From NCBI GenBank assembly GCA_036351375.1, contig JAZBOY010000293.1, forward strand, positions 214 to 64,213: a DNA stretch of 64,000 nucleotides, read 5' to 3'. This document shows, one piece after another, positions 40,944 through 52,987 of the stretch. The notes beneath the pieces were generated by a model, which worked only from the letters and a program-made list of their open reading frames with translations, was not told where the DNA came from and did not search any database. Position 1 is the stretch's first letter; every line of letters begins with the position of its first letter. The position numbers and the translations under genes are program-made. Source of the stretch: Halieaceae bacterium (GTDB taxonomy: Bacteria > Pseudomonadota > Gammaproteobacteria > Pseudomonadales > Halieaceae).

Positions 40944-41255
40944 ATGAAAATTACCCTGTCATCCCTCAAGCTCAGGCAGCCCATCCAGCGCCTGGCGATC
41001 CGCTCTACCGAACTATCCCTGTACCTGGCGGAGGTGGAGATCGAAGGCGAACGCCACATCGTCTGCGAGGACGGCGGCAAGCCCCTGCGCACCGTCAACC
41101 TTGTGAATATGCGCGAGAAGTTTGTCGATCTCGACATCAGGGAAATGGTGCTGGTGCAGGAAAGCGCCTACGACGAAATGATCGGCCAGCCGGCCCGTGA
41201 GGGCAGCAATTCGCTGGAGGTGCCGCTGGAGACTTTTCCCTCCTGGCTCAACTAG
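40944..41255 (+). CDS. Small conserved hypothetical protein
   Basis: 103-aa ORF with its own terminator. No family is confidently recognised. Confidence 0.5.
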   Translation: MKITLSSLKLRQPIQRLAIRSTELSLYLAEVEIEGERHIVCEDGGKPLRTVNLVNMREKFVDLDIREMVLVQESAYDEMIGQPAREGSNSLEVPLETFPSWLN

Positions 41256-41270
41256 TAGACCCCAGGAAAT

Positions 41271-41299
41271 AAAAAAGCCCGCCAATTGGCGGGCTTTTC
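41271..41299. terminator. Bidirectional rho-independent terminator
   Basis: aaaaaa-gcccgcc-aatt-ggcgggc-tttt. Confidence 0.8.
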
Positions 41300-41327
41300 T
41301 GTACTTCCCTGTAATTCGATCTGCTGC

Positions 41328-42050
41328 TTACAGGAGGTCGACGTCTACCGAGTAGGAAATAACGAACTTCATCTCGTCATTGTCCAGGCCGCCTTCTGAA
41401 GCGGGGCCGCCGACGTCGGTATCACTGATCATGAAGCCGAATCCGCCCTTGGACAGGGAGATGTTGTAGTCGTAGTAATCGCCGTCGGCGCCGTTGAAGG
41501 CTTCCATGAAGTCGCCGTCATGGTAGCCGCCGTGCAGGCCGATCTCGATGCCGTTGCCGACCTCGAAGGCATAATCGATGGAGATGTAGTAGGCCTCACC
41601 TGCACCGAAGTCCTGGTCGCCCACTTCGTCAGCTTCCGTGTTGGTCAACACATAGGCCGAAGCACTCAGGCCCTTCCAGGCGATCGTGCCGTAGACCTCG
41701 CCAAAATCAAATTCGGCTTCTTCGTCATAGTTGTAGTACAGGTAACCGATATCGAAGCTGATTTCGCCAACATCAAAGGCGAAGCCCGCATACATGTCGT
41801 GTTCGTAAGAATAGACATCGTCGGAGGCATACTGGACATTCGATACCCAGGTACCGACATAGAAGCCAGAGTCATGGCCGTAGTCGATACCGCCCTGCAC
41901 AGCGGGTTCGTTGGTGGTCTGCGTCAGGCCGCGCCAGATGTAGTTGTTGGTGACAGATGCGTTGGCTGATAGCGAATCAGCATAGGTTGGGGCCGCCGTC
42001 AGACCAGCAGCAACTACCGCGGCAGCGGTAAGGCTCTTCTTGAATTGCAT
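41328..42050 (-). CDS. TorF-family (TIGR02001-like) putative outer-membrane porin
   Basis: Signal peptide, then NNYIWRGLTQTTNEPAVQGGIDYGHDSGFYVGTWVSNV, typical of this family. Beta-barrel-like alternation. Confidence 0.75.
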   Translation of the reverse strand: MQFKKSLTAAAVVAAGLTAAPTYADSLSANASVTNNYIWRGLTQTTNEPAVQGGIDYGHDSGFYVGTWVSNVQYASDDVYSYEHDMYAGFAFDVGEISFDIGYLYYNYDEEAEFDFGEVYGTIAWKGLSASAYVLTNTEADEVGDQDFGAGEAYYISIDYAFEVGNGIEIGLHGGYHDGDFMEAFNGADGDYYDYNISLSKGGFGFMISDTDVGGPASEGGLDNDEMKFVISYSVDVDLL

Positions 42051-42345
42051 GGAATGTTCTCACGTTAGTCTGTTCATTGTTTGCGTGCCGCGTCATTGTG
42101 TTTTGTCGGCATCGGGGGGTACGCAGCAAGAAGCAGGCCAACTTGTGAGACGCCAGGGAATAGCGGCCGTATATCACGTCAGGCAGCGGTGCATTCGCGT
42201 TGTCTTGCAGGGAAGAGCCAGGCCTGTGCCGCATATTGGTGCTGCAACCGCACCGCGTTGGTGCTGAAACGCGTGCCTGTGAAAACACTTGCAGGCCGCC
42301 GCCGCACCGCTAGTATGAACAGCTCCCTGCTAATCGGAACCCGTC

Positions 42346-42828
42346 ATGAAGTCAGCCCTGCTCGCCTCTGCATTGCTTTTCGTTACCTTCTCAGCGTCCG
42401 GCGTTGGCGCCGCGGATTGTCGTACCATCGTTGCTAATACCCTGGCCGAGCTTAAGGCCGCATACCCGGATTGGGATGAAGGCATGGATACCCTGGCCCG
42501 CACGGCCGCCGCCAGTGCCTGTGTCAAAGCATCCTCTGCTACAGCGGCAGCTGCATCCCCGGTATTGATGGAAGAACGGGCCGTGCGCGCTGACGAAGCT
42601 GGCAGCACCGCCACCAGCACCGAAACAGCAGTCGCAGCCAGTGCCAGTGCTGCAGAAGCCACGGCGTCCACCGAGGCGGAAACCAGCAGCGCGAAGGAAG
42701 AAGGAGGCAGCTGGAACCCCTTCAAGGACATCAAGTTCAACAAGGTGTCGGCATCACCCAACAAGAAGCCCTACGAGCGGCGTCGCGAGGTGAACAACAC
42801 TGGCGAGTCAGAGGAGTCAGAGGAATAG
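42346..42828 (+). CDS. Hypothetical secreted low-complexity (Ala/Ser/Thr-rich) protein with acidic tail
   Basis: Signal peptide MKSALLASALLFVTFSASGVGA, an A/S/T-rich centre and the end ...GESEESEE. Confidence 0.5.
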   Translation: MKSALLASALLFVTFSASGVGAADCRTIVANTLAELKAAYPDWDEGMDTLARTAAASACVKASSATAAAASPVLMEERAVRADEAGSTATSTETAVAASASAAEATASTEAETSSAKEEGGSWNPFKDIKFNKVSASPNKKPYERRREVNNTGESEESEE

Positions 42829-42843
42829 GCGGCAAACCTCCGC

Positions 42844-44346
42844 TCAGCGCCCGGCCTGGCGATAGGCCAGTGCTTCCACCAGGTGGGGCTTGCAGATCGC
42901 CGGTTCATTACCCAGGTCGGCAATGCTGCGCGCTACCCTGAGAGCGCGCTCACAGCCTCGCAAAGACAGGCCCAGCTTCTCGGCCGCGCTCTCGAAATAG
43001 CGGCGATCACTGTCGGACAAAGCACAATGCTCCCGCAGCTCGCCACCTGTCAGCCGGCTATTGCTGACGCCCTGACGTTCCAGCGCGATCGATCGCGCGG
43101 CAATCACGCGAGCGCGCACCGCCGCAGAGGAATCCTCCCCATCGCTTCCCGTTGCTGCCTCCAGCAGTGAAGAGGGCGGCAGCCTGGGCAATCGCAGCTG
43201 TATATCAATGCGGTCCAACAGCGGGCCTGAGACGCGCTGCCGGTAGCGCTCCACCTGGTCGGGTGTGCAGCGACAGTGGCGCTGCCGATCACCCTCATAG
43301 CCGCAGGGGCAGGGGTTCATGGCGGCTACCAGCTGGAAGTGCGCCGGAAAGGTAAAGCGGTGCAGGGCCCGTGACAGGGTGATCTCGCCGGCTTCCAACG
43401 GTTCGCGCAGGGTTTCCAGCGTCTGGCGCGGGAACTCGGGCAATTCATCGAGGAACAGCACGCCATTGTGGGCCAGCGAGATTTCCCCCGGCCTGGGGCA
43501 ACTGCCACCCCCGACCAGGGCGGGTCCCGAGGCGGAGTGGTGGGGCGAGCGGAACGGCCTGCGATAGTCCCCCGGCTCCGGTTTTGCCGTCGCTGCGCTG
43601 CGCAGCGCCATGATCTCCAGCAGTTCCGCCGCACTCAGTTCGGGCAGGATGCCTGGCAGGCGCGATGCCAGCATGGTTTTCCCGGTGCCCGGTGGGCCGC
43701 ACAGCAACAGGTGATGTTCCCCGGCGGCGGCAACTTCCATGGCGCGCTTGGCAAGCGCGTGCCCGCGCACCTCGCTGAGATCCGGGTACTGCACCGGGGT
43801 GGGCGCGGCGACAGCTTCGATGCGCGTCGGCTTTTCCCGACCCTGCAGCCAGGCGCACAGGCTCAGCAGGCAGCGCGCCGACACCACGTCTGCGCCGGGA
43901 ACCAGCGCGGCGGCTTCCGCATTGGCGGCGGGCACGACCAGGGTGCGTGTGTCATGACGGCAGGCGATGGCGGCGGCCACGCTGCCCGATACCGGGCGCA
44001 GTTCGCCATCCAGTGCCAGTTCACCGACAAACTCCCGCTGCTTCAGGGCGGAGGCGGGAAGCTGGCCGGAGGCGGCGAGTATGCCCAGGGCAATCGGCAG
44101 GTCAAAGCGGCCGCCGTCCTTGGGCAAATCAGCGGGGGCGAGGTTGACCGTCAGCCGACGCGCCGGCCATTCGAAATGGGAATTCAGCAGCGCCGACCGC
44201 ACCCGCTCTTTTGACTCGCGCACTGCAGTGGCGGGTAGCCCCACGATATTGAAGGCGGGCAGCCCGTTAGAGATATGGGTTTCCACCTGAACCCCCGGAG
44301 CTTCCACGCCGCGTTGCGCCCGACTGAGTACAGCAGACAATTCCAT
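42844..44346 (-). CDS. comM: Mg-chelatase-like AAA+ ATPase YifB/ComM
   Basis: MELSAVLSRAQ..GVQVETHISNGLPAFNIVGLP, Walker A GPPGTGKTM, C-terminal zinc-ribbon-like CPCG...C.C. ATG 44346 follows GGGAGGAG; the longer track ORF is rejected. Confidence 0.92.
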   Translation of the reverse strand: MELSAVLSRAQRGVEAPGVQVETHISNGLPAFNIVGLPATAVRESKERVRSALLNSHFEWPARRLTVNLAPADLPKDGGRFDLPIALGILAASGQLPASALKQREFVGELALDGELRPVSGSVAAAIACRHDTRTLVVPAANAEAAALVPGADVVSARCLLSLCAWLQGREKPTRIEAVAAPTPVQYPDLSEVRGHALAKRAMEVAAAGEHHLLLCGPPGTGKTMLASRLPGILPELSAAELLEIMALRSAATAKPEPGDYRRPFRSPHHSASGPALVGGGSCPRPGEISLAHNGVLFLDELPEFPRQTLETLREPLEAGEITLSRALHRFTFPAHFQLVAAMNPCPCGYEGDRQRHCRCTPDQVERYRQRVSGPLLDRIDIQLRLPRLPPSSLLEAATGSDGEDSSAAVRARVIAARSIALERQGVSNSRLTGGELREHCALSDSDRRYFESAAEKLGLSLRGCERALRVARSIADLGNEPAICKPHLVEALAYRQAGR

Positions 44347-44476
44347 GGGCTCCTCCCTGAGCCTTAACCGTTCTTCGCAGTGTAATCGCGGGCGGCAGAC
44401 GAAAACGCCCGCCGGGGGAGGATTGGTCGCTGAGGATGAAAAAGGGGGTGGGGCCTGAGCCCGGGAAGGCGGTGTG

Positions 44477-44725
44477 CTAGCCCTGCTCGAGTTCGGTGCT
44501 GAGGCTTTCCAGCTGCGCTTCCAGTTCCTCAACCCGTGCCCGGGTGCGCGCGAGGATCTCGGCCTGGGCGTCGAATTCCTCGCGGCTGACCATGTCCAGG
44601 CGGCGCAGGGCAGACTGCAGCAGCGCCCGTGCGTTGCGGTCGGCTTCGGTTTTCAGGGGAGAGTCTCCCAGCAGGTCGCTGACCTGGCGGATGACGTCGC
44701 CGATGGGTGGGGGTTTGAGTGCCAT
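44477..44725 (-). CDS. ubiK: Ubiquinone biosynthesis accessory factor UbiK (YqiC family)
   Basis: LRRLDMVSREEFDAQAEILARTRARVEELEAQL matches the YqiC/UbiK coiled-coil core. Confidence 0.8.
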   Translation of the reverse strand: MALKPPPIGDVIRQVSDLLGDSPLKTEADRNARALLQSALRRLDMVSREEFDAQAEILARTRARVEELEAQLESLSTELEQG

Positions 44726-44807
44726 GAGCGCAGTCTACCCGATTGCTCTTCGCGGACTCAATTGCCATGGGGGCGCTGCACTCCGCCGCGCTATCGCAGT
44801 GCGTTTT

Positions 44808-44824
44808 TGCACCACTTGGGTGCG
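44808..44824. promoter_or_regulatory. NtrC-type enhancer site
   Basis: TGCACCACTTGGGTGCG versus the consensus TGCACC-N5-GGTGCA. It lies about 90 bp upstream of the sigma54 promoter. Confidence 0.5.
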
Positions 44825-44900
44825 CGTGCGGCTTGCAAGCCTCCTATTCTCGAAACGCAGGAGCACACAAGTCATTGATAAAAAAAGGTTTCTTGATGGT

Positions 44901-44916
44901 TGGCACACGGGCTGCA
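44901..44916 (+). promoter_or_regulatory. Sigma54 (-24/-12) promoter of glnK-amtB
   Basis: TGGCAC-acggg-CTGCA matches TGGCAC-N5-TTGCA. Confidence 0.65.
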
Positions 44917-44980
44917 GTAACGGGAGGCAATCCGGCCTGACCGCCGGTACGCCGCGTGTGCGGTCGCGGCACTGAAGTGA

Positions 44981-45397
<417 letters not shown>

Positions 45398-45426
45398 CGC
45401 GCCCACCAATAAAGAGAGACTAAAAC

Positions 45427-46701
45427 ATGGAAAACAACATCTATGAATTACAGTACGCCATGGACACGTTCTACTTCCTCGTGTGTGGCGCACTGGTTAT
45501 GTGGATGGCCGCTGGCTTCGCAATGCTGGAAGCCGGCCTGGTGCGTTCAAAGAACACGACCGAGATCCTGACCAAGAACGTTGCACTTTTTGCGGTAGCT
45601 TGCACGATGTACCTCGTCTGCGGTTACCAGTTCATGTACGACGGCGGCTACTTCCTGTCGGGTGTCACCACAGTGGCACAGATGGACGATGCGGCCATTG
45701 CTGCTGTGCTCGCGGATTCCGCAGAGGCGGGCTTCGATGGCGATTCAGTGTACTCCGGCGCCTCCGACTTCTTCTTCCAGGTTGTGTTTGTCGCCACGGC
45801 GATGTCTATCGTGTCTGGTGCGGTGGCGGAGAGGATGAAGCTCTGGGCGTTCCTGCTGTTTGCGGTGGTTATGACCGGTGTCATCTACCCGATCGAGGGC
45901 GGCTGGACCTGGGGTGGTAAGGCGGTTCCGCTGGTAGGCGAACTCAGCTACTCCGACTATGCGGGTTCTGGCATTGTGCACCTGGCAGGCGCTGCTGCGG
46001 CCCTCGCCGGCGTAATTCTGCTCGGCCCGCGTAAAGGCAAGTACGGCCCCGGCGGCCAAGTGAATGCCATTCCCGGAGCGAATCTGCCTCTGGCGACGCT
46101 CGGCACCTTCATCCTGTGGATGGGCTGGTTTGGTTTCAACGGTGGTTCGACTTTGAAGCTCGGCGGCATTGGCGTTGCGAATGAAGTTGCAAACGTCTTC
46201 CTGAACACGAACGCAGCAGCTTCAGGCGGCCTGATCGCAGCGCTGCTCCTGGCGCGCGTCATGTTTGGCAAGGCCGATCTCACCATGGCCCTGAACGGCG
46301 CCCTGGCAGGTCTGGTCGCTATCACTGCAGAGCCCGCTGATCCCTCGCCGCTGCTGGCGACGATAATCGGCGCAGTAGGTGGCGCGATTGTTGTGTTCAG
46401 CATCGTCACCCTGGACAAACTGAAAATTGACGATCCCGTTGGTGCCATCTCCGTGCACGGCGTGGTCGGCATCTGGGGCATCTTTGCGGTCTTGCTGTCA
46501 GATGGTGATGCCACTTTCGGCGGTCAGTTGATAGGTCTGCTGGTGATCTTTGGCTGGGTATTCGTTGCTTCATTGATCACCTGGTTTGTCATCAAGATGA
46601 TCATGGGCCTTCGGGTGTCGGAAGAGGAAGAATACGAAGGTGTCGACCTCTCCGAATGTGGCATGGAAGCCTATCCGGAGTTTGGCCCCGGCGGCAGCTA
46701 A
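45427..46701 (+). CDS. amtB: Ammonium transporter AmtB
   Basis: 424 aa, polytopic. DFAGSGIVH-like (DYAGSGIVHLAG) and ISVHGVVGIWG signature His motifs. Confidence 0.95.
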   Translation: MENNIYELQYAMDTFYFLVCGALVMWMAAGFAMLEAGLVRSKNTTEILTKNVALFAVACTMYLVCGYQFMYDGGYFLSGVTTVAQMDDAAIAAVLADSAEAGFDGDSVYSGASDFFFQVVFVATAMSIVSGAVAERMKLWAFLLFAVVMTGVIYPIEGGWTWGGKAVPLVGELSYSDYAGSGIVHLAGAAAALAGVILLGPRKGKYGPGGQVNAIPGANLPLATLGTFILWMGWFGFNGGSTLKLGGIGVANEVANVFLNTNAAASGGLIAALLLARVMFGKADLTMALNGALAGLVAITAEPADPSPLLATIIGAVGGAIVVFSIVTLDKLKIDDPVGAISVHGVVGIWGIFAVLLSDGDATFGGQLIGLLVIFGWVFVASLITWFVIKMIMGLRVSEEEEYEGVDLSECGMEAYPEFGPGGS

Positions 46702-46731
46702 TAGAATTGCGGGCGCATTAACGTGCGTGTT

Positions 46732-46759
46732 GGGGGGCCTTTTGGCCCCCCTTTTTTTT
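46732..46759 (+). terminator. Rho-independent terminator after amtB
   Basis: ggggggcc-tttt-ggcccccc followed by T8. Confidence 0.85.
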
Positions 46760-46879
46760 AGGACCGCTTGCGGTCCTTGCCTCTAAGGATGCTCCGAGGC
46801 GCTAGCCCACGGCCGCCCTACGGAGCGCAGTCCCGGTGCCATGCCAGACGAGATTGATTGTTCCTGGGGGAAGGCCTAG

Positions 46880-47954
<1,075 letters not shown>

Positions 47955-47956
47955 GG

Positions 47957-48865
47957 TCAGTCCTCTTCGCTGTCGCTTTTGCGGGCCCGCGGGTGGGCCT
48001 GGTCGTAGACCCTGGCCAGGTGCTGGAAGTCCAGGTGCGTGTACACCTGGGTGGTGGAGATATTGGCGTGGCCCAGTAGTTCCTGTACGGCGCGAAGGTC
48101 GCCGCTGGATTCCAGCATGTGGGTGGCAAAGCTGTGCCGGAGCATGTGCGGGTGCACATCCTGGTGCATGCCGGTGGCGCGACCGCGGCGTTTGAGCCGG
48201 TCCTGGATATTGCGCACGCTGATGCGCTTACCGCGGCTACTGATGAACAGGGCGGGCTCCTCCGCGAGCTCGGGCCGCACCCTGAGCCAGGCGGCGACCG
48301 CGTCCAGGGCGACACCGCCTACCGGTACGGTACGGGTCTTGCGGCCCTTGCCAGTGACCGTCACCAGGCCCTGGCGGGCATCGATGTCATCGAGATTCAG
48401 CGAGGCCAGCTCCGACAGGCGCAGGCCCGAAGAGTAGAACAGCTCCGCCATAGCCTGGTCGCGCAGCGCGGTGCTGGAATCGTCGTTGGACTGCAGGAAC
48501 TGTTCCACCTGGTCGGCGTCGAGAGTTTTGGGCAGACGCTTTTGCTGGCGCGGTGCCTGGATGCCGTTGGCGGGGTTGTTCTGGACTGCACCCTGCTTCA
48601 GCAGGAAGCTGTACAGGCTGCGAATCGCCGACAGCGCGCGCTGGATGCTGCGGCCCTGTTTGCCGGCACGGTGCAGGCCCGCCGCGTACTGGCGCACATG
48701 GGCGGCATGGACGGTGCCGGCGTCGGAGAGCTGCTGCGCGTCGCAAAAGACCAGGAACGAGCCCAGGTCGCGGCGGTAACCGTCGAGGGTGTGCGGGGAG
48801 TACTGGCGAACTGTGCCCAGGTAGTCCAGGAAGGCCTCAACCTGCCCGGGCAGGGAGCTATTCAC
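47957..48865 (-). CDS. xerC: Site-specific tyrosine recombinase XerC
   Basis: C-terminal catalytic motifs HMLRHSFATHMLE and LLGHANISTTQVYTH. dapF-yigA-xerC synteny. GTGA overlap with the upstream gene. Confidence 0.92.
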   Translation of the reverse strand: MNSSLPGQVEAFLDYLGTVRQYSPHTLDGYRRDLGSFLVFCDAQQLSDAGTVHAAHVRQYAAGLHRAGKQGRSIQRALSAIRSLYSFLLKQGAVQNNPANGIQAPRQQKRLPKTLDADQVEQFLQSNDDSSTALRDQAMAELFYSSGLRLSELASLNLDDIDARQGLVTVTGKGRKTRTVPVGGVALDAVAAWLRVRPELAEEPALFISSRGKRISVRNIQDRLKRRGRATGMHQDVHPHMLRHSFATHMLESSGDLRAVQELLGHANISTTQVYTHLDFQHLARVYDQAHPRARKSDSEED

Positions 48866-49599
48866 GCGCCGGCCTGGTCTCCGCGCAGCCGTGGCAGCAG
48901 GCGTACCACGACCTCGCCGAGATGGCCGAGGAACAGGGTGCCGGTGCTGGCGCTGTAGTAGTGGGGGTCTTCACTGCCCACCGCAATCACGCCCAGGTCG
49001 CCACCGCGCACCAGCGGTACTACGGCGGCAGAGCCCACCCCGGTGCTGTCGGGGAACAGGTACTGCAGCTCTTCCTCCCGCAGCGTCCCGCAGACGGCGT
49101 TCTGGCCCTTGATAAGGGCGCCGATTTCGATGCGAGCGCGCTCCGCGCTTTCGATGCGGCAATGTTCGGTGCTGTCCCTGGATTCACCGAACAGGATGAA
49201 GCTGACATGGTCGACGCCGAAATCTTCCCGCAGACCGCGGCAGAAGGTTTCACCCAGTTCCTCGAGGCTGCGTGCTTCCAACAGGCTCAGTACAAGCTGG
49301 CGAGTGAGTTCGTAGAGCCGATCGTTCTCGCGGGCATTGCCGGTGAGGCTGTTGAGCCGCTTGCGCATTTCCATGTTGCGCTCACGCAATACGCTGACCT
49401 GCTTTTCCACCAGCGACACGGCGCTGCCTGCCTTGTGGGTGATCTGCAGGTGGTCGAGCATGTCCGGGTGATGGTCGAAGAAGTCGGGGTTGTCCTTGAG
49501 GTAGTCGCGGACGCGGGTGTCGCTGAGGCCCATCTCCGGGCTGTCCGCCCTGTCGTCACTTTCCTGCTTGGTCTTGGCAGAGACAGTCTTGGCAGTCAA
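48862..49599 (-). CDS. DUF484-family protein (YigA-like)
   Basis: [35 protein letters not shown] is collinear with E. coli YigA. The start is uncertain: TTG 49599 overlaps the dapF stop, and ATG 49533 is the alternative. Confidence 0.75.
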   Translation of the reverse strand: MTAKTVSAKTKQESDDRADSPEMGLSDTRVRDYLKDNPDFFDHHPDMLDHLQITHKAGSAVSLVEKQVSVLRERNMEMRKRLNSLTGNARENDRLYELTRQLVLSLLEARSLEELGETFCRGLREDFGVDHVSFILFGESRDSTEHCRIESAERARIEIGALIKGQNAVCGTLREEELQYLFPDSTGVGSAAVVPLVRGGDLGVIAVGSEDPHYYSASTGTLFLGHLGEVVVRLLPRLRGDQAGA

Positions 49600-50426
49600 A
49601 TTCGCACGCTCCCTTCGAACACGGTTGTCGCTGGCCCTGTCATCATAACCGGATGGCCTTCCCCGGCCCAAGCAATTTCAAGGTCGCCACCGGTCAGGTG
49701 CACGGTGACCCGCTCATCCAGCAGGCCGAGCTGACGGCCGGCGACCATGGCCGCGCAGGCGCCGCTGCCGCAGGCCCGGGTTTCGCCCACGCCGCGCTCG
49801 TAGACCCGCAGGCGGATTTCCCTGGCAGACACCACTTCCATGAAACCGGCGTTGACCTGCTCTGGGAAGCGCGAGTGGGCCTCGATCAGCGGGCCCAGGC
49901 GCTCGACCGGCGCGCTGTCCACGTTATCGACGAGCGTCACGGCATGGGGATTGCCCATGGATAAAGCGACAATCTCGACCGGCTCGCCATTCACATCCAG
50001 TGCGTAACGATCAGTGCGTTCTTCGGCCTCAAAGGGAATTTCGGCCGGTGCGAAGCGCGGCGCACCCATGTTCACTTCGACCTGCTTGTCCTTGCGCACC
50101 TTGAGCTGCATGGGCCCGCCCGCGGTCTCCACGTGAATCTTGTGGTGATGGGTGAGGCGCCGGTCGCGCACGAAACGCGCCACGCAGCGGGCGCCGTTGC
50201 CGCATTGCTCCACTTCGCGGCCGTCGGCATTGAAGATGCGGTAGCGGAAATCCGCATCCGGGTCCTGCGGCGGCTCCACGACCAATACCTGGTCACAGCC
50301 GATGCCCAACCGGCGGTCTGCCAGTTTGCGGATATGCGACGGCCGCAGGTTGCAGCGCTGGCTCACCAGGTCCAGCACCACAAAGTCGTTGCCCAGGCCG
50401 TGCATCTTGGTGAACTTGAGTCTCAT
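49596..50426 (-). CDS. dapF: Diaminopimelate epimerase
   Basis: [17 protein letters not shown] start and both catalytic Cys contexts ([20 protein letters not shown]). Confidence 0.95.
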   Translation of the reverse strand: MRLKFTKMHGLGNDFVVLDLVSQRCNLRPSHIRKLADRRLGIGCDQVLVVEPPQDPDADFRYRIFNADGREVEQCGNGARCVARFVRDRRLTHHHKIHVETAGGPMQLKVRKDKQVEVNMGAPRFAPAEIPFEAEERTDRYALDVNGEPVEIVALSMGNPHAVTLVDNVDSAPVERLGPLIEAHSRFPEQVNAGFMEVVSAREIRLRVYERGVGETRACGSGACAAMVAGRQLGLLDERVTVHLTGGDLEIAWAGEGHPVMMTGPATTVFEGSVRI

Positions 50427-51691
50427 GCCGCGTCCGTCCCGGCATCCGGCAGGAGCTGCTCGCCGCGCAGTAAATCGGCTAAGGATTCGCGGGCGCGCAC
50501 CAGGTGGCTCGCCTCGCCGTCCACCATCACTTCCGCTGCCCGCGGCCGCGAGTTGTAGTTGGAGCTCATACTGAAGCCGTAGGCGCCGGCATCCATGACC
50601 GCGAGCAGGTCACCGGGCGCCAGCGCCAGCTCGCGCTGCTTGCCCAGGAAGTCACCGGTCTCACATACCGGCCCCACCACATCGTAGGCCAGCGCCGGCA
50701 CATCCTCGCGGGGGGTTACCGGCAGGATGTCCATCCAGGCGTCGTACAGGGCCGGCCGCGTCAGGTCGTTCATGGCGGCATCTACAATGGCAAAGTGATG
50801 CTCCGCGTTGCTCTTGAGCCGGTTGACGCGGGTCAACAGCAGGCCCGCCTCGGCGCAGATCGAGCGCCCCGGCTCGAACATCAATTTCAGCGGGCGCTCT
50901 CCCAGTCGCTCGCGCACCGCGGCGATATAGTCTGCGGTCGCCGGGGGCTCCTCATCCCGGTAGCGCACGCCGAGCCCGCCACCCAGGTCCAGGTGGTGCA
51001 AGTGGATGCCGGCCGCAGCCAGTTCATCCATCAACTCCAGCAAGCGGTCCAGTGCGTCCAGGAAGGGGCTGATCTCGGTGAGCTGCGAGCCGATATGACA
51101 ATCGACGCCCACCACCTCCAGGCCGGGCAGCTGGGCCGCGCGCTGGTAGCTGGCCAGGGCGCTTTCCCAGGGCACGCCGAACTTGTTCTGCTTGAGGCCG
51201 GTGGAAATATAGGGGTGGGTGCGGGCGTCCACGTCCGGGTTGACGCGCAGGGATACCCGCGCCGTGCTGCCCAGGTCCACGGCAACGCTGGACAGCAGGT
51301 CGAGCTCGCTGTCGGACTCGACGTTGAAACAGAGGATGTCGAGCTCCAGCGCGCGGCGCATTTCCTCCGCCTGCTTGGCCACGCCCGAGAACACCACCTT
51401 GCGCGGGTCGCCGCCCGCTGCCAGTACCCGCTCAAGCTCGCCTACCGAGACGATGTCGAAGCCCGCTCCCAGGCCCGCCAGCAGGTTGAGCACCGCCAGG
51501 TTGGAATTGGCCTTCACCGCGTAGCACACCAGGTGGTCGGTGCCTGCCAGCGCCTGTTCATAGGCCAGGAAGTTACGTGTCAGGGTGGCCCTGGAATACA
51601 CAAAGGTAGGCGTGCCATAGCGCTCAGCGATAGCTGTCAGCGGCTGCGCCTCGGCGAACAGGGCGCCATTGCGGTAGTCAAAGTCACGCAT
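50423..51691 (-). CDS. lysA: Diaminopimelate decarboxylase
   Basis: [36 protein letters not shown]-binding YAVKANSN and the CETGD motif. The track ORF extended to 52162 is rejected. Confidence 0.95.
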   Translation of the reverse strand: MRDFDYRNGALFAEAQPLTAIAERYGTPTFVYSRATLTRNFLAYEQALAGTDHLVCYAVKANSNLAVLNLLAGLGAGFDIVSVGELERVLAAGGDPRKVVFSGVAKQAEEMRRALELDILCFNVESDSELDLLSSVAVDLGSTARVSLRVNPDVDARTHPYISTGLKQNKFGVPWESALASYQRAAQLPGLEVVGVDCHIGSQLTEISPFLDALDRLLELMDELAAAGIHLHHLDLGGGLGVRYRDEEPPATADYIAAVRERLGERPLKLMFEPGRSICAEAGLLLTRVNRLKSNAEHHFAIVDAAMNDLTRPALYDAWMDILPVTPREDVPALAYDVVGPVCETGDFLGKQRELALAPGDLLAVMDAGAYGFSMSSNYNSRPRAAEVMVDGEASHLVRARESLADLLRGEQLLPDAGTDAA

Positions 51692-51699
51692 TGTGTGGT

Positions 51700-51834
51700 T
51701 TATTCCGAGGATTCCTGTTCGGCAGGTTTGGGCGGCGGTGCTTCCTGGGGAATGTACAGGCCGCCTTTCTGCCCGCAGCCCGCAAGCATCAGCGGGACCA
51801 GCAGCAACAGTAAAAAATAAGGCTGTAGGCGCAC
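51700..51834 (-). CDS. lptM: Small LPS-assembly lipoprotein LptM (YifL-like), 44 aa, absent from the ORF track
   Basis: Hand translation gives (M)RLQPYFLLLLLVPLMLAGCGQKGGLYIPQEAPPPKPAEQESSE*. Lipobox LAGC followed by the GQKG.LY.P motif. It lies 8 nt upstream of lysA, as in many gammaproteobacteria. Confidence 0.7.
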   Translation of the reverse strand: MRLQPYFLLLLLVPLMLAGCGQKGGLYIPQEAPPPKPAEQESSE

Positions 51835-51994
51835 TGCACGTTTCCAATCGGTGAAAGTCAGGCATTATAACGGTGCCCCCTGATGCAGGCGATAGCGCAG
51901 GCGACGGTCGCTGCATGGGGGTGGCGGAACCCGACCGATGGCATGCGCTGGAGCGCGTCGCCCGGCTGCGAAGACAATCCAGGGGAGTGACACC

Positions 51995-52987
51995 GTGCGC
52001 CTGACCATTATTCCCGCCTTTTGCCTGGCCCTGTCGGTCGGCCCCGCGCTGGCCGATCCACTCTACGCCAAAAACCTGGCACCGCTTGCGGGCCTGTTTG
52101 GCTTCCCGAATCTGCGCAACGCCCAGACCCTTGGCGCCGGCGAGTTCAGCGGCGCCATCCATGGCAATGTCGCCAACAACTACAGCGTCGACGCCAACGC
52201 CAGTGAATTCGTGAACTTCGACGTCGAGACCCGGCGCTTCGCCCTGCGCGGTGCCGTGGGGCTGGGTTGGGGCATCGACTTTGAAGCGGAGCTACCCTGG
52301 CTGCGCCACGAGGGCGGCGACCTCGACCAGCTGATCGAGAACTGGCACGAGTTCTGGAACCTGCCCGATGGCGATCGTGACGAGGTGCCGCGCGACCTGA
52401 TCGACATCCGCTTCAATACGCCGGACGCTGCCTTTGCACTGCAGGAAGAAGTGGAGGGCTGGGGTGACCTGAACCTCGCGCTCACCAAGCAGCTGTGGAG
52501 TTCGGAAACGGCAGCCTTCAGCCTGCGTGCCGGCGCCAAGCTTGGTACCGGCGATGAGGATGAACTGCTCGGCAGCGGCAGCGAAGACTACTACCTGTCG
52601 TTCAACGCCAGCGGTGAACATCGCGGCGACTGGCCCATTACCTGGCATGGACAGGTGGGCTACCTGCGCGCCGGTGATGCCGATGTGTTAGGGGATATCC
52701 AGGAGCAGGACCTGTGGTTTGCCAGCGGCGGCATGGAGTGGCGCACCTGGCAGAGCGTCCATCTCAAGCTGCAGATCGACAGCCACGCGGAGGTGGCGGA
52801 TTCTTCGCTCACCCAGCTCGGCGATGCCAGTGTGCAGATCACCGCCGGCGCGAACTGGTTGTTTGCACGCGGCTGGGAGGCGGAGTTCAGCTTCAGTGAA
52901 GATATCGCCGTCGATACCTCGCCGGACTTCGTGCTGCAGTTCGGCCTGCGTTACCGGTTGCCTGGCGGCCGGGGAATTCCCGACTAG
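51995..52987 (+). CDS. DUF3187-like secreted/outer-membrane protein
   Basis: GTG 51995 follows AGGGGAG and gives the signal peptide (M)[19 protein letters not shown]. The [12 protein letters not shown]... pattern resembles the DUF3187 family. Confidence 0.6.
   Translation: MRLTIIPAFCLALSVGPALADPLYAKNLAPLAGLFGFPNLRNAQTLGAGEFSGAIHGNVANNYSVDANASEFVNFDVETRRFALRGAVGLGWGIDFEAELPWLRHEGGDLDQLIENWHEFWNLPDGDRDEVPRDLIDIRFNTPDAAFALQEEVEGWGDLNLALTKQLWSSETAAFSLRAGAKLGTGDEDELLGSGSEDYYLSFNASGEHRGDWPITWHGQVGYLRAGDADVLGDIQEQDLWFASGGMEWRTWQSVHLKLQIDSHAEVADSSLTQLGDASVQITAGANWLFARGWEAEFSFSEDIAVDTSPDFVLQFGLRYRLPGGRGIPD

Noticed and set aside
47957-48865. Tyrosine recombinase as a possible mobile-element integrase
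   Set aside because: It is embedded in the conserved housekeeping block lptM-lysA-dapF-yigA-xerC-yigB. XerC-type C-terminal motifs are present and no flanking att-like repeats or cargo are seen.
51692-52162. Extension of the lysA ORF to 579 aa
   Set aside because: The LysA homology starts at MRDFDY (ATG 51691). The upstream part is out of frame with the real small gene lptM and overlaps the divergent DUF3187-like gene's upstream region.
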